The notes beneath the pieces are model-generated. The model saw only the letters and a program-made list of their open reading frames with translations, searched no databases and was not told the origin of the DNA. From Escherichia phage EC100: DNA of 64,000 nt. Of the stretch, positions 34,678 through 43,791 are shown one piece after another. Each line of letters starts with the position of its first letter. Position 1 is the stretch's first letter. The position numbers and the translations under genes are program-made. Location: sequence record NC_105587.1; one strand, given 5' to 3'.

Positions 34678-36150
34678 ATGACCTTGTTTAACGTGCAAGC
34701 TGTAGTGTTGAAGATGCTTCTAGCTTCCGAACAGAAGCAAATAGCATTGGAAACATTCTCAAAACTGCATAAAGATCATTTTAATGACGCTTTCTCCTCA
34801 ATTTACCAAGCCGTCCAGAATTATTATAAAAAATATAACACAATGCCGTCCATTGACGCACTGATGCTTGAGTCTAATAGGAACGCCCGCCTTTCTCAAG
34901 CTCTAGTCGTCTTAGCTAACACTCAAATTCCAGAAGTGAGCATGGAACAGGCACTTGAAGTCCTAGAGGCCGAATATACACAGGATTTATTCCTGAAGCT
35001 TCTAGAAACAGACGTGCTTCAAGATTTAACAATGCTGGATCAGGGAGAAATTCTCAACCGAGTTGCCTCCCTTCACTTAAAATTAGAAGAGAAAGTAACG
35101 AATACTGGAAAAGTATTCAACGCAGATAACATGCGTATTTTCCAGAGAGAAGAAGATACCAAACTGAACTTAATCGCTCTTGGTATTTGTAATGAGTTCG
35201 ACGCTCAAATTGGTTTAGCTCGCACAGAAACGTTACTGCTTGGTGGTTGGCGTGGTACTGGTAAATCCATTATCTGTTCAAACATACAGGTTCAGCAATA
35301 TTTGAATGGAGATATTGCTCCATACTTCTCAATTGAGATGAAAGAACATGAAGTATTTAGACGTAATCTAGCCATGTTAGCTGGTGTATCAGCATTAGCA
35401 ATGCGTAATAATACTCTAGAAGGTGCAGCTCTGTTGAGGTTGGCCAGAACTAGAGCTAGAATGTTTAATGGTGGTGAAGAGCTTTTTGATAACTTCGTTA
35501 AACAGTACACAATGGCTAAGATGAGTGATTTCTACGATATGGAGAGTAAGCTAATAGAGGGATATGAACTACATACTCCTATGATTATTGTTTATGATCC
35601 TGAGCTGTCCATTACAACAGTTGACGTAGAATTAAATAAATTAGTTGCTAGATATGGTGATAAAGTTACAGTAGCTTTACTGGACTATATTAACCAAACC
35701 CGACTTCCAGACTCTAAAACCATTGATATGTATGACTGGAAAGAACAGATGGTTGTTAGCTCGTCTTTCAAATCTATCTGCCAGAAACATAACGTGGCTG
35801 GAGTAGCTCCTTACCAGATCGATCAAGATGGTAGAACACGTATGTCAAAGGGGATTCTTGATTCCGCAGACATGGCTGCTAATCTTAATGCTGCAAAAGC
35901 TGATAATGGTCAAGGTGCTATTATGTTTGACTTCGTTAAGACTCGTTCTTCTGATAGCGTGAAGTTTATGCCTAAAATGAACTGGGAAACTCTGCGAATG
36001 GATAACACTACCAATCTAGCAATGGAAGATATATCTCAAATGGAAGCTGAGTTCGTTATCCCTATTGAGAAGGATAAGTCGGCTCAACCTAAACGTGCTA
36101 AGAAAGACAAAGCTGAAAATTCAACAGGTGAACAGGCCAGCGATATATGA
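34678..36150 (+). CDS. DnaB-like replicative helicase (RecA-fold ATPase)
   Basis: Walker A GGWRGTGKS, DnaB-like FSIEM block; exact start uncertain (ATG 34678 or TTG 34684). Confidence 0.7.
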   Translation: MTLFNVQAVVLKMLLASEQKQIALETFSKLHKDHFNDAFSSIYQAVQNYYKKYNTMPSIDALMLESNRNARLSQALVVLANTQIPEVSMEQALEVLEAEYTQDLFLKLLETDVLQDLTMLDQGEILNRVASLHLKLEEKVTNTGKVFNADNMRIFQREEDTKLNLIALGICNEFDAQIGLARTETLLLGGWRGTGKSIICSNIQVQQYLNGDIAPYFSIEMKEHEVFRRNLAMLAGVSALAMRNNTLEGAALLRLARTRARMFNGGEELFDNFVKQYTMAKMSDFYDMESKLIEGYELHTPMIIVYDPELSITTVDVELNKLVARYGDKVTVALLDYINQTRLPDSKTIDMYDWKEQMVVSSSFKSICQKHNVAGVAPYQIDQDGRTRMSKGILDSADMAANLNAAKADNGQGAIMFDFVKTRSSDSVKFMPKMNWETLRMDNTTNLAMEDISQMEAEFVIPIEKDKSAQPKRAKKDKAENSTGEQASDI

Positions 36151-37037
36151 GTAGAATAACAGAACTACTTGATCTGAAAGGCATTGAATATAAAGACACA
36201 GGTGGGGACATCCTCATCTGTTGTCTCAATCCAGATCATGACGATAAACACCCAAGTTTGCGTATTGATCCTGAAACAGGTATTATGCACTGCTTGAGTT
36301 GTGGCTTCGGTAAAGGTATACCGAGCATTTACCATTATTTTAATGAGACTCAGTACCGACAGTCTCCAAGACTATCACAGGTACGTAAAAAGATTTCAGA
36401 GATTAGGAATGGATCTACGAATCTTGCAATTCCTGAATCTGCTTACCTTTTCGAAGGTGATTTCCGAGGTATAAGTTCTAAGACCTTGAAGAAATATTTT
36501 GCTTTCCAACACCAAGCAGACTGGGAAGGCAGAATTGTATTCCCAATCACAGATGCTGTTGGACGCAATATCCTATTTTTGGGTCGTTCTATAAACAGTT
36601 CTGCCCCTCCTAAATACTTAGTAAAACCAAAACAAGTTTCACCACCAATTTTTCCTGTACGATATAATACTCCAGTTCTTATTCTAGTTGAAGGTATCTT
36701 TGATCTGCTAAATCTAGAGGATAATGGTATAGACTATGCTTCTTGTTGCTTTGGTACACATCAGTTTACTTCAGACAACATTGCGGATAAGTTTAGTCCT
36801 TATATTATTGCTGGTGTAAAAGTTGTTGTTATCTTACTAGATAATGATGCTTCGGGTAATAAAGCTGCACAAGCACTGGCCAAGCTAATTCGTACAAAAA
36901 CGCGTTTAACACCTGTAGTTGCTAACTTTCTTCTACCTGAAGGTAAAGACCCAGGTGACCTAAATAAAGAAGAAATTGATATGTTAGCAAAACGTATTGA
37001 AATTTTAGTTGCTGAATCGCTTAAAGATTTGGTATAA
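36147..37037 (+). CDS. DNA primase (zinc ribbon plus Toprim)
   Basis: Zinc-binding CCLNPDHDDKHPSL...HCLSCG, Toprim LVEGIFD...LLDNDASG; ATGA overlap with the helicase stop. Confidence 0.8.
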   Translation: MSRITELLDLKGIEYKDTGGDILICCLNPDHDDKHPSLRIDPETGIMHCLSCGFGKGIPSIYHYFNETQYRQSPRLSQVRKKISEIRNGSTNLAIPESAYLFEGDFRGISSKTLKKYFAFQHQADWEGRIVFPITDAVGRNILFLGRSINSSAPPKYLVKPKQVSPPIFPVRYNTPVLILVEGIFDLLNLEDNGIDYASCCFGTHQFTSDNIADKFSPYIIAGVKVVVILLDNDASGNKAAQALAKLIRTKTRLTPVVANFLLPEGKDPGDLNKEEIDMLAKRIEILVAESLKDLV

Positions 37038-37099
37038 TATATTGGTAAGTTAGAGAAGAAACACTGAAGTTATACTTACTTACCAAGAGGAGATTAAAT

Positions 37100-39667
37100 T
37101 TGAAAATCGCAGTAGTTGATAAAGCTCTAAATAACACTCGTTACGATAAATATTTCCAGCTATACGGCGAGGAAGTTGATGTATTTCATATGTGTAACGA
37201 GAAGTTATCTGGTCGTTTGCTTAAAAAGCACATTACTATTGGAACACCAGAAAACCCATTTGATCCGAATGATTATGATTTTGTTATACTGGTAGGTGCC
37301 GAACCTTTTCTGTACTTTGCAGGTAAGAAAGGTATTGGTGATTATACCGGTAAACGTGTAGAGTATAATGGATATGCTAACTGGATTGCGAGTATCAGCC
37401 CAGCCCAACTACACTTTAAACCTGAAATGAAACCAGTTTTCGATGCAACAGTAGAGAATATCCACGATATTATCAATGGTCGTGAGAAGATTGCAAAAGC
37501 TGGTGATTATCGTCCTATTACTGACCCTGATGAGGCAGAAGAATATATCAAGATGGTGTATAATATGGTTATCGGACCTGTCGCATTCGACTCCGAAACC
37601 TCAGCACTATACTGTCGAGATGGTTATCTGCTCGGTGTTTCTATGTCTCACCAAGAGTATCAGGGTGTATATATCGATTCTGATTGTCTCACAGAGGTTG
37701 CAGTATATTATCTCCAGAAAATTCTGGATAGTGAAAACCACACTATTGTTTTTCACAACTTGAAGTTTGATATGCACTTTTATAAGTACCATCTGGGACT
37801 TACTTTTGATAAAGCGCATAAAGAACGCAGGCTTCATGATACCATGTTGCAACACTATGTTCTAGATGAACGTCGTGGTACTCATGGCTTGAAATCTCTA
37901 GCGATGAAGTACACCGATATGGGTGACTATGACTTCGAACTAGATAAGTTTAAAGATGATTACTGCAAAGCACATAAAATTAAGAAAGAAGATTTCAGTT
38001 ATGATCTGATTCCTTTTGATATTATGTGGCCATATGCTGCAAAAGATACAGATGCTACTCTACGTCTTCATAACTTCTTCTTACCAAAAATTGAGAAGAA
38101 TGAAAAACTTTGCAGTCTGTATTATGATGTTCTAATGCCTGGTTGTGTATTTCTCCAGCGTGTTGAGGATCGTGGTGTACCTATTTCTATTGATCGTTTA
38201 AAAGAAGCTCAGTACCAATTAACCCATAATCTGAATAAAGCTCGTGAAAAGCTGTATACTTATCCAGAAGTAGTTCAGCTAGAGAAAGATCAGAACGAGG
38301 CATTTAACCCTAACTCTGTTAAGCAGCTACGTGTTCTTCTGTTTGACTATGTTGGCTTAACTCCAACAGGTAAACTGACGGATACTGGAGCAGACTCTAC
38401 AGATGCAGAAGCTCTGAACGAATTGTCTACGCAGCATCCAATTGCTAAGACTCTACTAGAGATTCGTAAGCTGACTAAGCTGATCTCTACTTATGTTGAG
38501 AAAATTCTTCTGAGCATTGATGCTGATGGTTGCATTCGTACTGGCTTCCACGAACACATGACTACTTCTGGTCGTCTGAGTTCTTCTGGTAAACTGAACC
38601 TGCAACAGTTACCTCGTGATGAATCTATTATCAAGGGTTGTGTAGTAGCTCCTCCTGGGTATCGTGTAATTGCATGGGACTTAACAACTGCGGAAGTTTA
38701 TTATGCTGCTGTTCTATCTGGTGATAGAAATATGCAACAAGTATTTATCAACATGAGAAATGAACCAGATAAATACCCCGACTTCCACTCTAACATCGCA
38801 CACATGGTATTTAAGCTCCAATGCGAGCCTCGTGATGTTAAAAAGTTATTCCCAGCTCTGCGTCAAGCAGCTAAAGCAATCACCTTTGGTATTCTGTATG
38901 GTTCTGGCCCAGCTAAAGTAGCTCATTCTGTTAACGAAGCTCTTCTGGAACAGGCTGCTAAGACAGGCGAACCGTTTGTAGAATGTACGGTTGCAGATGC
39001 GAAGGACTATATCGAAACTTACTTCGGTCAGTTCCCGCAGCTTAAGCGTTGGATTGATAAGTGCCATGATCAGATCAAGAATCATGGGTTTATCTATAGT
39101 CACTTTGGTCGTAAGCGTCGTCTGCACAATATCCACTCCGAAGACCGTGGTGTTCAGGGTGAAGAAATTCGTTCTGGATTTAACGCAATCATTCAGTCTG
39201 CTTCCTCTGATAGCCTCCTTTTAGGTGCTGTAGATGCAGATAATGAGATCATTTCTCTTGGCCTGGAACAAGAGATGAAGATTGTTATGCTGGTTCATGA
39301 CTCCGTAGTTGCTATTGTTCGTGAAGATTTGATCGACCAATACAATGAAATCCTGATTCGTAATATCCAAAAAGACCGTGGTATTAGTATTCCTGGCTGT
39401 CCGATTGGTATTGATTCTGATTCTGAGGCTGGAGGTTCTCGTGACTATTCCTGTGGTAAGATGAAGAAGCAGCATCCATCAATCGCTTGTATTGATGATG
39501 ATGAATATACTCGTTATGTCAAAGGTGTGTTACTTGATGCAGATTTCGAGTATAAGAAACTAGCTGCAATGGATAAAGAGCATCCAGATCATAGCAAATA
39601 CAAGGATGATAAGTTTATTGCTGTATGTAAAGATTTGGATAACGTAAGAAGGATTCTCGGTGCTTGA
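37100..39667 (+). CDS. DNA polymerase, family A with 3'-5' exonuclease (T5 DNA polymerase-like)
   Basis: 855 aa; exo motif FDSETSALY, motif B RQAAKAITFGILYG, motif C LVHDS; TTG start with AGGAG ribosome-binding site. Confidence 0.95.
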   Translation: MKIAVVDKALNNTRYDKYFQLYGEEVDVFHMCNEKLSGRLLKKHITIGTPENPFDPNDYDFVILVGAEPFLYFAGKKGIGDYTGKRVEYNGYANWIASISPAQLHFKPEMKPVFDATVENIHDIINGREKIAKAGDYRPITDPDEAEEYIKMVYNMVIGPVAFDSETSALYCRDGYLLGVSMSHQEYQGVYIDSDCLTEVAVYYLQKILDSENHTIVFHNLKFDMHFYKYHLGLTFDKAHKERRLHDTMLQHYVLDERRGTHGLKSLAMKYTDMGDYDFELDKFKDDYCKAHKIKKEDFSYDLIPFDIMWPYAAKDTDATLRLHNFFLPKIEKNEKLCSLYYDVLMPGCVFLQRVEDRGVPISIDRLKEAQYQLTHNLNKAREKLYTYPEVVQLEKDQNEAFNPNSVKQLRVLLFDYVGLTPTGKLTDTGADSTDAEALNELSTQHPIAKTLLEIRKLTKLISTYVEKILLSIDADGCIRTGFHEHMTTSGRLSSSGKLNLQQLPRDESIIKGCVVAPPGYRVIAWDLTTAEVYYAAVLSGDRNMQQVFINMRNEPDKYPDFHSNIAHMVFKLQCEPRDVKKLFPALRQAAKAITFGILYGSGPAKVAHSVNEALLEQAAKTGEPFVECTVADAKDYIETYFGQFPQLKRWIDKCHDQIKNHGFIYSHFGRKRRLHNIHSEDRGVQGEEIRSGFNAIIQSASSDSLLLGAVDADNEIISLGLEQEMKIVMLVHDSVVAIVREDLIDQYNEILIRNIQKDRGISIPGCPIGIDSDSEAGGSRDYSCGKMKKQHPSIACIDDDEYTRYVKGVLLDADFEYKKLAAMDKEHPDHSKYKDDKFIAVCKDLDNVRRILGA

Positions 39668-40157
39668 TTTCAAATTGCCCGTCTATGCGTTACGGGCGTT
39701 TGTATCAATTGAGCAAGAAGGTGATTATTCCGTAATTACAACAAGATATAATAAATATGTGCTAGATAACAGGAAGTTGCCTGGCACGTTTTCTCAACGT
39801 AGGCTTATTCTATTTGAGAAACGGAAAGAATTACCGTACAAGCTCTATCCTATTAGAGGTAGAATATCAATGTTGTCCCAATTAGTTGGGTCAAAGCGTA
39901 GCCAATTTATAGATTCTGATGGAAATCTTATTAATTGGAAGAAAACTACGTTCTATGATGTTGTTACCTCTAAAGTTTTGCATTCAGCTAGAATTTATAA
40001 CGGAAAATACCAATGCTATGTAGCTAAAGTTCCATATCCATTTGTATTATCCTATGTTCCAGCGTATATAAGCTATATTCTGGTAAATAATAGCCCTGTT
40101 ATTTATCAAGTCCATCAAGAGGAGCCTGAAATTCCTAGACTTAGAATAAAATTATGA
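39660..40157 (+). CDS. hypothetical protein (165 aa)
   Basis: GTG start overlapping the polymerase stop; no motif recognised. Confidence 0.4.
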   Translation: MLDFKLPVYALRAFVSIEQEGDYSVITTRYNKYVLDNRKLPGTFSQRRLILFEKRKELPYKLYPIRGRISMLSQLVGSKRSQFIDSDGNLINWKKTTFYDVVTSKVLHSARIYNGKYQCYVAKVPYPFVLSYVPAYISYILVNNSPVIYQVHQEEPEIPRLRIKL

Positions 40158-41506
40158 AGGTTGTTATATCTAATAAAGCCTATTTCAAGCCCGATGATGA
40201 ACTTTGGGATTATTGTAGTAAGCAAACCACTTATCACATTGAGACAATGACTAGTAAATACCCTATTATGTATAAGAATAGTGGTGTTGTTGCTAAAGAG
40301 ATTAAGTGGATTCCTATCACGCGTCTAGATTTACTAGATGCTAAAGGAGTAAAATACGAATTAGTCGATAAACGCACATTAGCCCCAGTAGATATACCAA
40401 AACCTAAGTTTAAGCTGCGTGAAGAAGACCAGCTCCCAATATATGAAGAGTGCGATGATACCTGTATTATTAATGGTAAGCCTGGATTTGGCAAAACTAT
40501 CCTAGCCCTGGCACTTGCGTATAAATTTGGCCAGAAAACTTTGGTAATTTGTACCAACACATCTATTCGTGAAATGTGGGCGGCAGAAGTTCGTAAATGG
40601 TTTGGGTTCGAACCGGGCATTATAGGTTCTGGGAAATACAATATTGATCCACCAATTGTAGTCAGTAATATTCAAACAGTAAATAAACATGCGAATAATC
40701 TTTCTAAAGTATTCGGTACTGTTATAGTTGACGAAGTTCACCATTGTGTGGCTACAACTTTCACTAACTTCCTAGAAATATCATGTGCTCGCTATAAGAT
40801 TGGACTATCTGGAACATTAAAACGTAAAGATGGTCTACAAGTTATGTTCAAAGACTTCTTTGGATATAAGATCTTCAGCCCGCCTGTTAATAATACTGTT
40901 GCACCTACAATCCATAGGTACTCTGTACCTGTTGAGTTATCAGGAAATCAGAATGTGCCATGGGCATTACGTGCTAATGATGTGTACAACCATCCTGAAT
41001 ATCGAGAGACTATTATAAACTTAGCACACTTATACGTGAATATGGGGCATAAAGTACTCATTGTAAGTGACAGAACAGAGTTAATCCAAACAGTACTAGA
41101 AGCTCTCGCACAGCGTGGTGTTACAACATATGAAATTATAGGGGCAACTCACTTAGATGACCGATTAAAAATTCAGGAAGATATAGCAAAAGGTGGACCT
41201 TGTGTACTTGCAGCAGCTCAAAGTATCTTCTCTGAAGGTATTTCCCTTAATGAGTTGTCTTGTTTAATAATGGGAAGTCTCATTAATAATGAATCTCTCA
41301 TCGAACAGCTTGCAGGACGTGTTCAACGTATTGTCGATGGTAAACTAGACCCTATTGTTGTAGATCTAATTATGAAAGGTGGCACTGGACTAAGACAGGC
41401 TTCTGGACGTATGGCAGTATATCGTAACAACGGGTGGAAAACTATTACCATGACCCCTGAGAAAGCAGTTCAATTAGCTAAAATTGCATTTGGCAACAGC
41501 TCATAA
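40154..41506 (+). CDS. SF2 DEAH-type helicase (T5 D10-like)
   Basis: Walker A GKPGFGKT, motif II IVDEVHH; 450 aa; ATGA overlap with the upstream stop. Confidence 0.8.
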   Translation: MKVVISNKAYFKPDDELWDYCSKQTTYHIETMTSKYPIMYKNSGVVAKEIKWIPITRLDLLDAKGVKYELVDKRTLAPVDIPKPKFKLREEDQLPIYEECDDTCIINGKPGFGKTILALALAYKFGQKTLVICTNTSIREMWAAEVRKWFGFEPGIIGSGKYNIDPPIVVSNIQTVNKHANNLSKVFGTVIVDEVHHCVATTFTNFLEISCARYKIGLSGTLKRKDGLQVMFKDFFGYKIFSPPVNNTVAPTIHRYSVPVELSGNQNVPWALRANDVYNHPEYRETIINLAHLYVNMGHKVLIVSDRTELIQTVLEALAQRGVTTYEIIGATHLDDRLKIQEDIAKGGPCVLAAAQSIFSEGISLNELSCLIMGSLINNESLIEQLAGRVQRIVDGKLDPIVVDLIMKGGTGLRQASGRMAVYRNNGWKTITMTPEKAVQLAKIAFGNSS

Positions 41507-41518
41507 ATGATGTATAAT
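41490..41518 (+). promoter_or_regulatory. sigma70 promoter (TTGGCA, 17 bp, TATAAT) overlapping the helicase 3' end
   Basis: First of two tandem promoter-plus-leader copies (TATAATATATACATAAATT). Confidence 0.5.
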
Positions 41519-41588
41519 ATATACATAAATTTGAGAGAGAAAGTTTCGGATTGATAAGAAAGTCCGAAGCAGAAAAATAAAAATTTTA

Positions 41589-41618
41589 GTTGCTAAATTC
41601 TCTCGAAATCTAGTATAA
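41589..41618 (+). promoter_or_regulatory. T5 early-class promoter (TTGCTA, 18 bp, TATAAT), second tandem copy
   Basis: Followed by ATATATACATAAATTCGAGGAG; no ATG at canonical spacing from the GAGGAG site. Confidence 0.5.
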
Positions 41619-41726
41619 TATATACATAAATTCGAGGAGAAAATAAAAATTAAATTCTTCGATTATGAAAAGCTATACTTACTAGCTAGAGGAAATTCCG
41701 ACCTAATTATTAAGCTATTCAAAAGA

Positions 41727-42011
41727 ATGCTTACAGAGCCTGATGCTCACCAATTATTGGTCGGTCCCTCATTCATTTTGAATGAATCAACTATTGTTGA
41801 TAATCCAAATAAATTGTCTAATAGACAACTGGCAGAATATCTAGGAATTTTAAGTCTACGAAATTATGCCGAATACAAGTTTACAAACGATCCTAGTTTG
41901 GACATACAATATGTTCCAGTATGGATACCACGTTTAGTAATCGACACTAACCCACTAATCGCAATTAACAAATCGAAATTAATCTTTAAAGAGGAAATAA
42001 AATATGGCTAA
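41727..42011 (+). CDS. hypothetical protein (94 aa), start uncertain
   Basis: The frame is open from 41613 but the first ATG (41727) lacks a ribosome-binding site; an orphan GAGGAG site lies 90 nt upstream. Confidence 0.3.
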   Translation: MLTEPDAHQLLVGPSFILNESTIVDNPNKLSNRQLAEYLGILSLRNYAEYKFTNDPSLDIQYVPVWIPRLVIDTNPLIAINKSKLIFKEEIKYG

Positions 42012-42777
42012 GTCTTGGGGCGAAACTACTGGCGGTTCTAACGATAAAATCGAATTCCTGAAGTTCAACAACGGTATCACTCGTGTTCGTATCGTTTCTG
42101 GTGTTCTTCCACGTTATGTCTATTGGCTGACCAATAAAGAGGGTAACGTAGCTCCTTTCGAATGTCTCCGTTTTAACCGTGACAAAGAGAGCTTTGTTCG
42201 TGGTAAAGCTGATCCGGTTCATGAGATGGGCTTCTTCGAGAAAGAGCTGGATAAAGACGGTAATCGTGTTCCGCTGAAACCGAAGAAAAACTATATCGCT
42301 TTTGTTATCGACCGTTCTGATAACAAACTGAAAGTAATGGAAGTCAAGGCTACTATTCTGAAAGGCATCCAGTCTATCATGAAGCAGCTGAGCCTGGCAA
42401 CTCCGTTTGATATTGATATTTCTATCGAGAAAAAAGGTAAAGGTTTCGATACTGAGTATGATGTACAGCAGATTGCTGCTATGCAGTTCCAGATTAAGCT
42501 GCAAGATCCTAACAGTGCAGAATCTAAGCAATATGCTGCAGATGTAGATCTGATCGGTGAAGCTATGTGTGATGAAGATGGCGACATCATTAAGTTCGAA
42601 AAAGTTCCTTCTCTGGAACAAACCTATCCGGTTCCTACCTATGAAGAGCAGAAAGAAGCAATTCAAGCCTTCATGGAGGGTCGTGAGAATAAAGATGATG
42701 ATGCCAAATCTGGTAATAGCAATGCAGGCTCCCAGAAAGGTATTGACACAGAAGCTGCAAGCGATCTGGATGACTAA
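42004..42777 (+). CDS. abundant replication-module protein with acidic C-terminal tail (possible gp2.5-like ssDNA-binding protein)
   Basis: GAGGAA ribosome-binding site; optimal codons; C-terminus DTEAASDLDD; own terminator. Function is inferred, not motif-proven. Confidence 0.5.
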   Translation: MAKSWGETTGGSNDKIEFLKFNNGITRVRIVSGVLPRYVYWLTNKEGNVAPFECLRFNRDKESFVRGKADPVHEMGFFEKELDKDGNRVPLKPKKNYIAFVIDRSDNKLKVMEVKATILKGIQSIMKQLSLATPFDIDISIEKKGKGFDTEYDVQQIAAMQFQIKLQDPNSAESKQYAADVDLIGEAMCDEDGDIIKFEKVPSLEQTYPVPTYEEQKEAIQAFMEGRENKDDDAKSGNSNAGSQKGIDTEAASDLDD

Positions 42778-42784
42778 TAAATAG

Positions 42785-42808
42785 AGGGGCTTCGGCCCCT
42801 TTCTTTTT
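42785..42808 (+). terminator. intrinsic terminator (AGGGGC-TTCG-GCCCCT hairpin)
   Basis: Hairpin followed by TTCTTTTT, directly after the stop of 42004..42777. Confidence 0.7.
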
Positions 42809-42813
42809 AACCA

Positions 42814-43791
42814 ATGAGAATATTATTTAGTGCTGATCATCATATCAAACTAGGACAAGATAAAGTTCCAAAGGAATGGCAGAAGCGTCGCTTCCTGATG
42901 CTAGGAGAACGGTTAAATGATATATTCCATAATCATAACTGTGATCTTCATATTGCTGGTGGTGATATACTTGATGTTGCCGACCCGTCGTCAGAAGAAA
43001 TAGAACTGCTTGAACAGTTCATGTCAAGACTCGACCATCCAGGCAAAATCTTTACTGGAAATCATGAAATGCTAACTAAAACCATTTCATGTCTATATCA
43101 CTATGCAGGAGTTATTAATAAAGTAACTAGTGGGAAGTGGGAAGTAATTACCAAACCATATCGTTCTCCTGAATTTGATATTGTTCCATATGATGAGATC
43201 CATAAATCTAAGTGGAAATCTCCTGAATCAAAACTATGTTTCACACATGTTCGTGGTGAAATCCCTCCACATGTAAAACCAGAAATTGATCTAACTAAGT
43301 ACAACTGTTATGATACTGTAATTGCTGGTGATTTACATTCTTATACTAATAGCCAGACTATCGGACCTACTAGACTTCTCTACCCAGGGTCTCCATTAAC
43401 TACGTCGTTCCATAGAGAACGCACAAAAGGTACAAATGGTTGCTTTATCGTTGATACCGACACATTAAAAGTAGAATGGATTGAACTAGGTGATTTACCT
43501 CAACTGATTCGTAAAACAATCGGAGTTGGTGAAGAGATGGAACCTAGTGATTATGATCGTGTAGTCTATGAAGTTACTGGTGACGTTGTTCAATTAAAGT
43601 CTATCAAAGACTCTGATTTATTAGATAAGAAGATTAACCATCGAGTTACTAAAGACGCTAAGTTAAATCTTGTTGATCTTGATATGTTAGGTGAACTTGA
43701 ACTTTACTTCCGTGAAGTTGAGAAGCTATCTCAAGGCGACATTGATAGAATCTTGGCTAGAGCTGCGAAATATGTCAAAGATTACAATTAA
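42814..43791 (+). CDS. SbcD/Mre11-like nuclease (calcineurin-like phosphoesterase)
   Basis: Phosphoesterase motifs FSADHH, IAGGD, TGNHE; 325 aa. Confidence 0.85.
   Translation: MRILFSADHHIKLGQDKVPKEWQKRRFLMLGERLNDIFHNHNCDLHIAGGDILDVADPSSEEIELLEQFMSRLDHPGKIFTGNHEMLTKTISCLYHYAGVINKVTSGKWEVITKPYRSPEFDIVPYDEIHKSKWKSPESKLCFTHVRGEIPPHVKPEIDLTKYNCYDTVIAGDLHSYTNSQTIGPTRLLYPGSPLTTSFHRERTKGTNGCFIVDTDTLKVEWIELGDLPQLIRKTIGVGEEMEPSDYDRVVYEVTGDVVQLKSIKDSDLLDKKINHRVTKDAKLNLVDLDMLGELELYFREVEKLSQGDIDRILARAAKYVKDYN

Noticed and set aside
41986-42666. Minus-strand 226-aa ORF
   Set aside because: Antisense to the strongly supported 42004..42777 gene; no start context.
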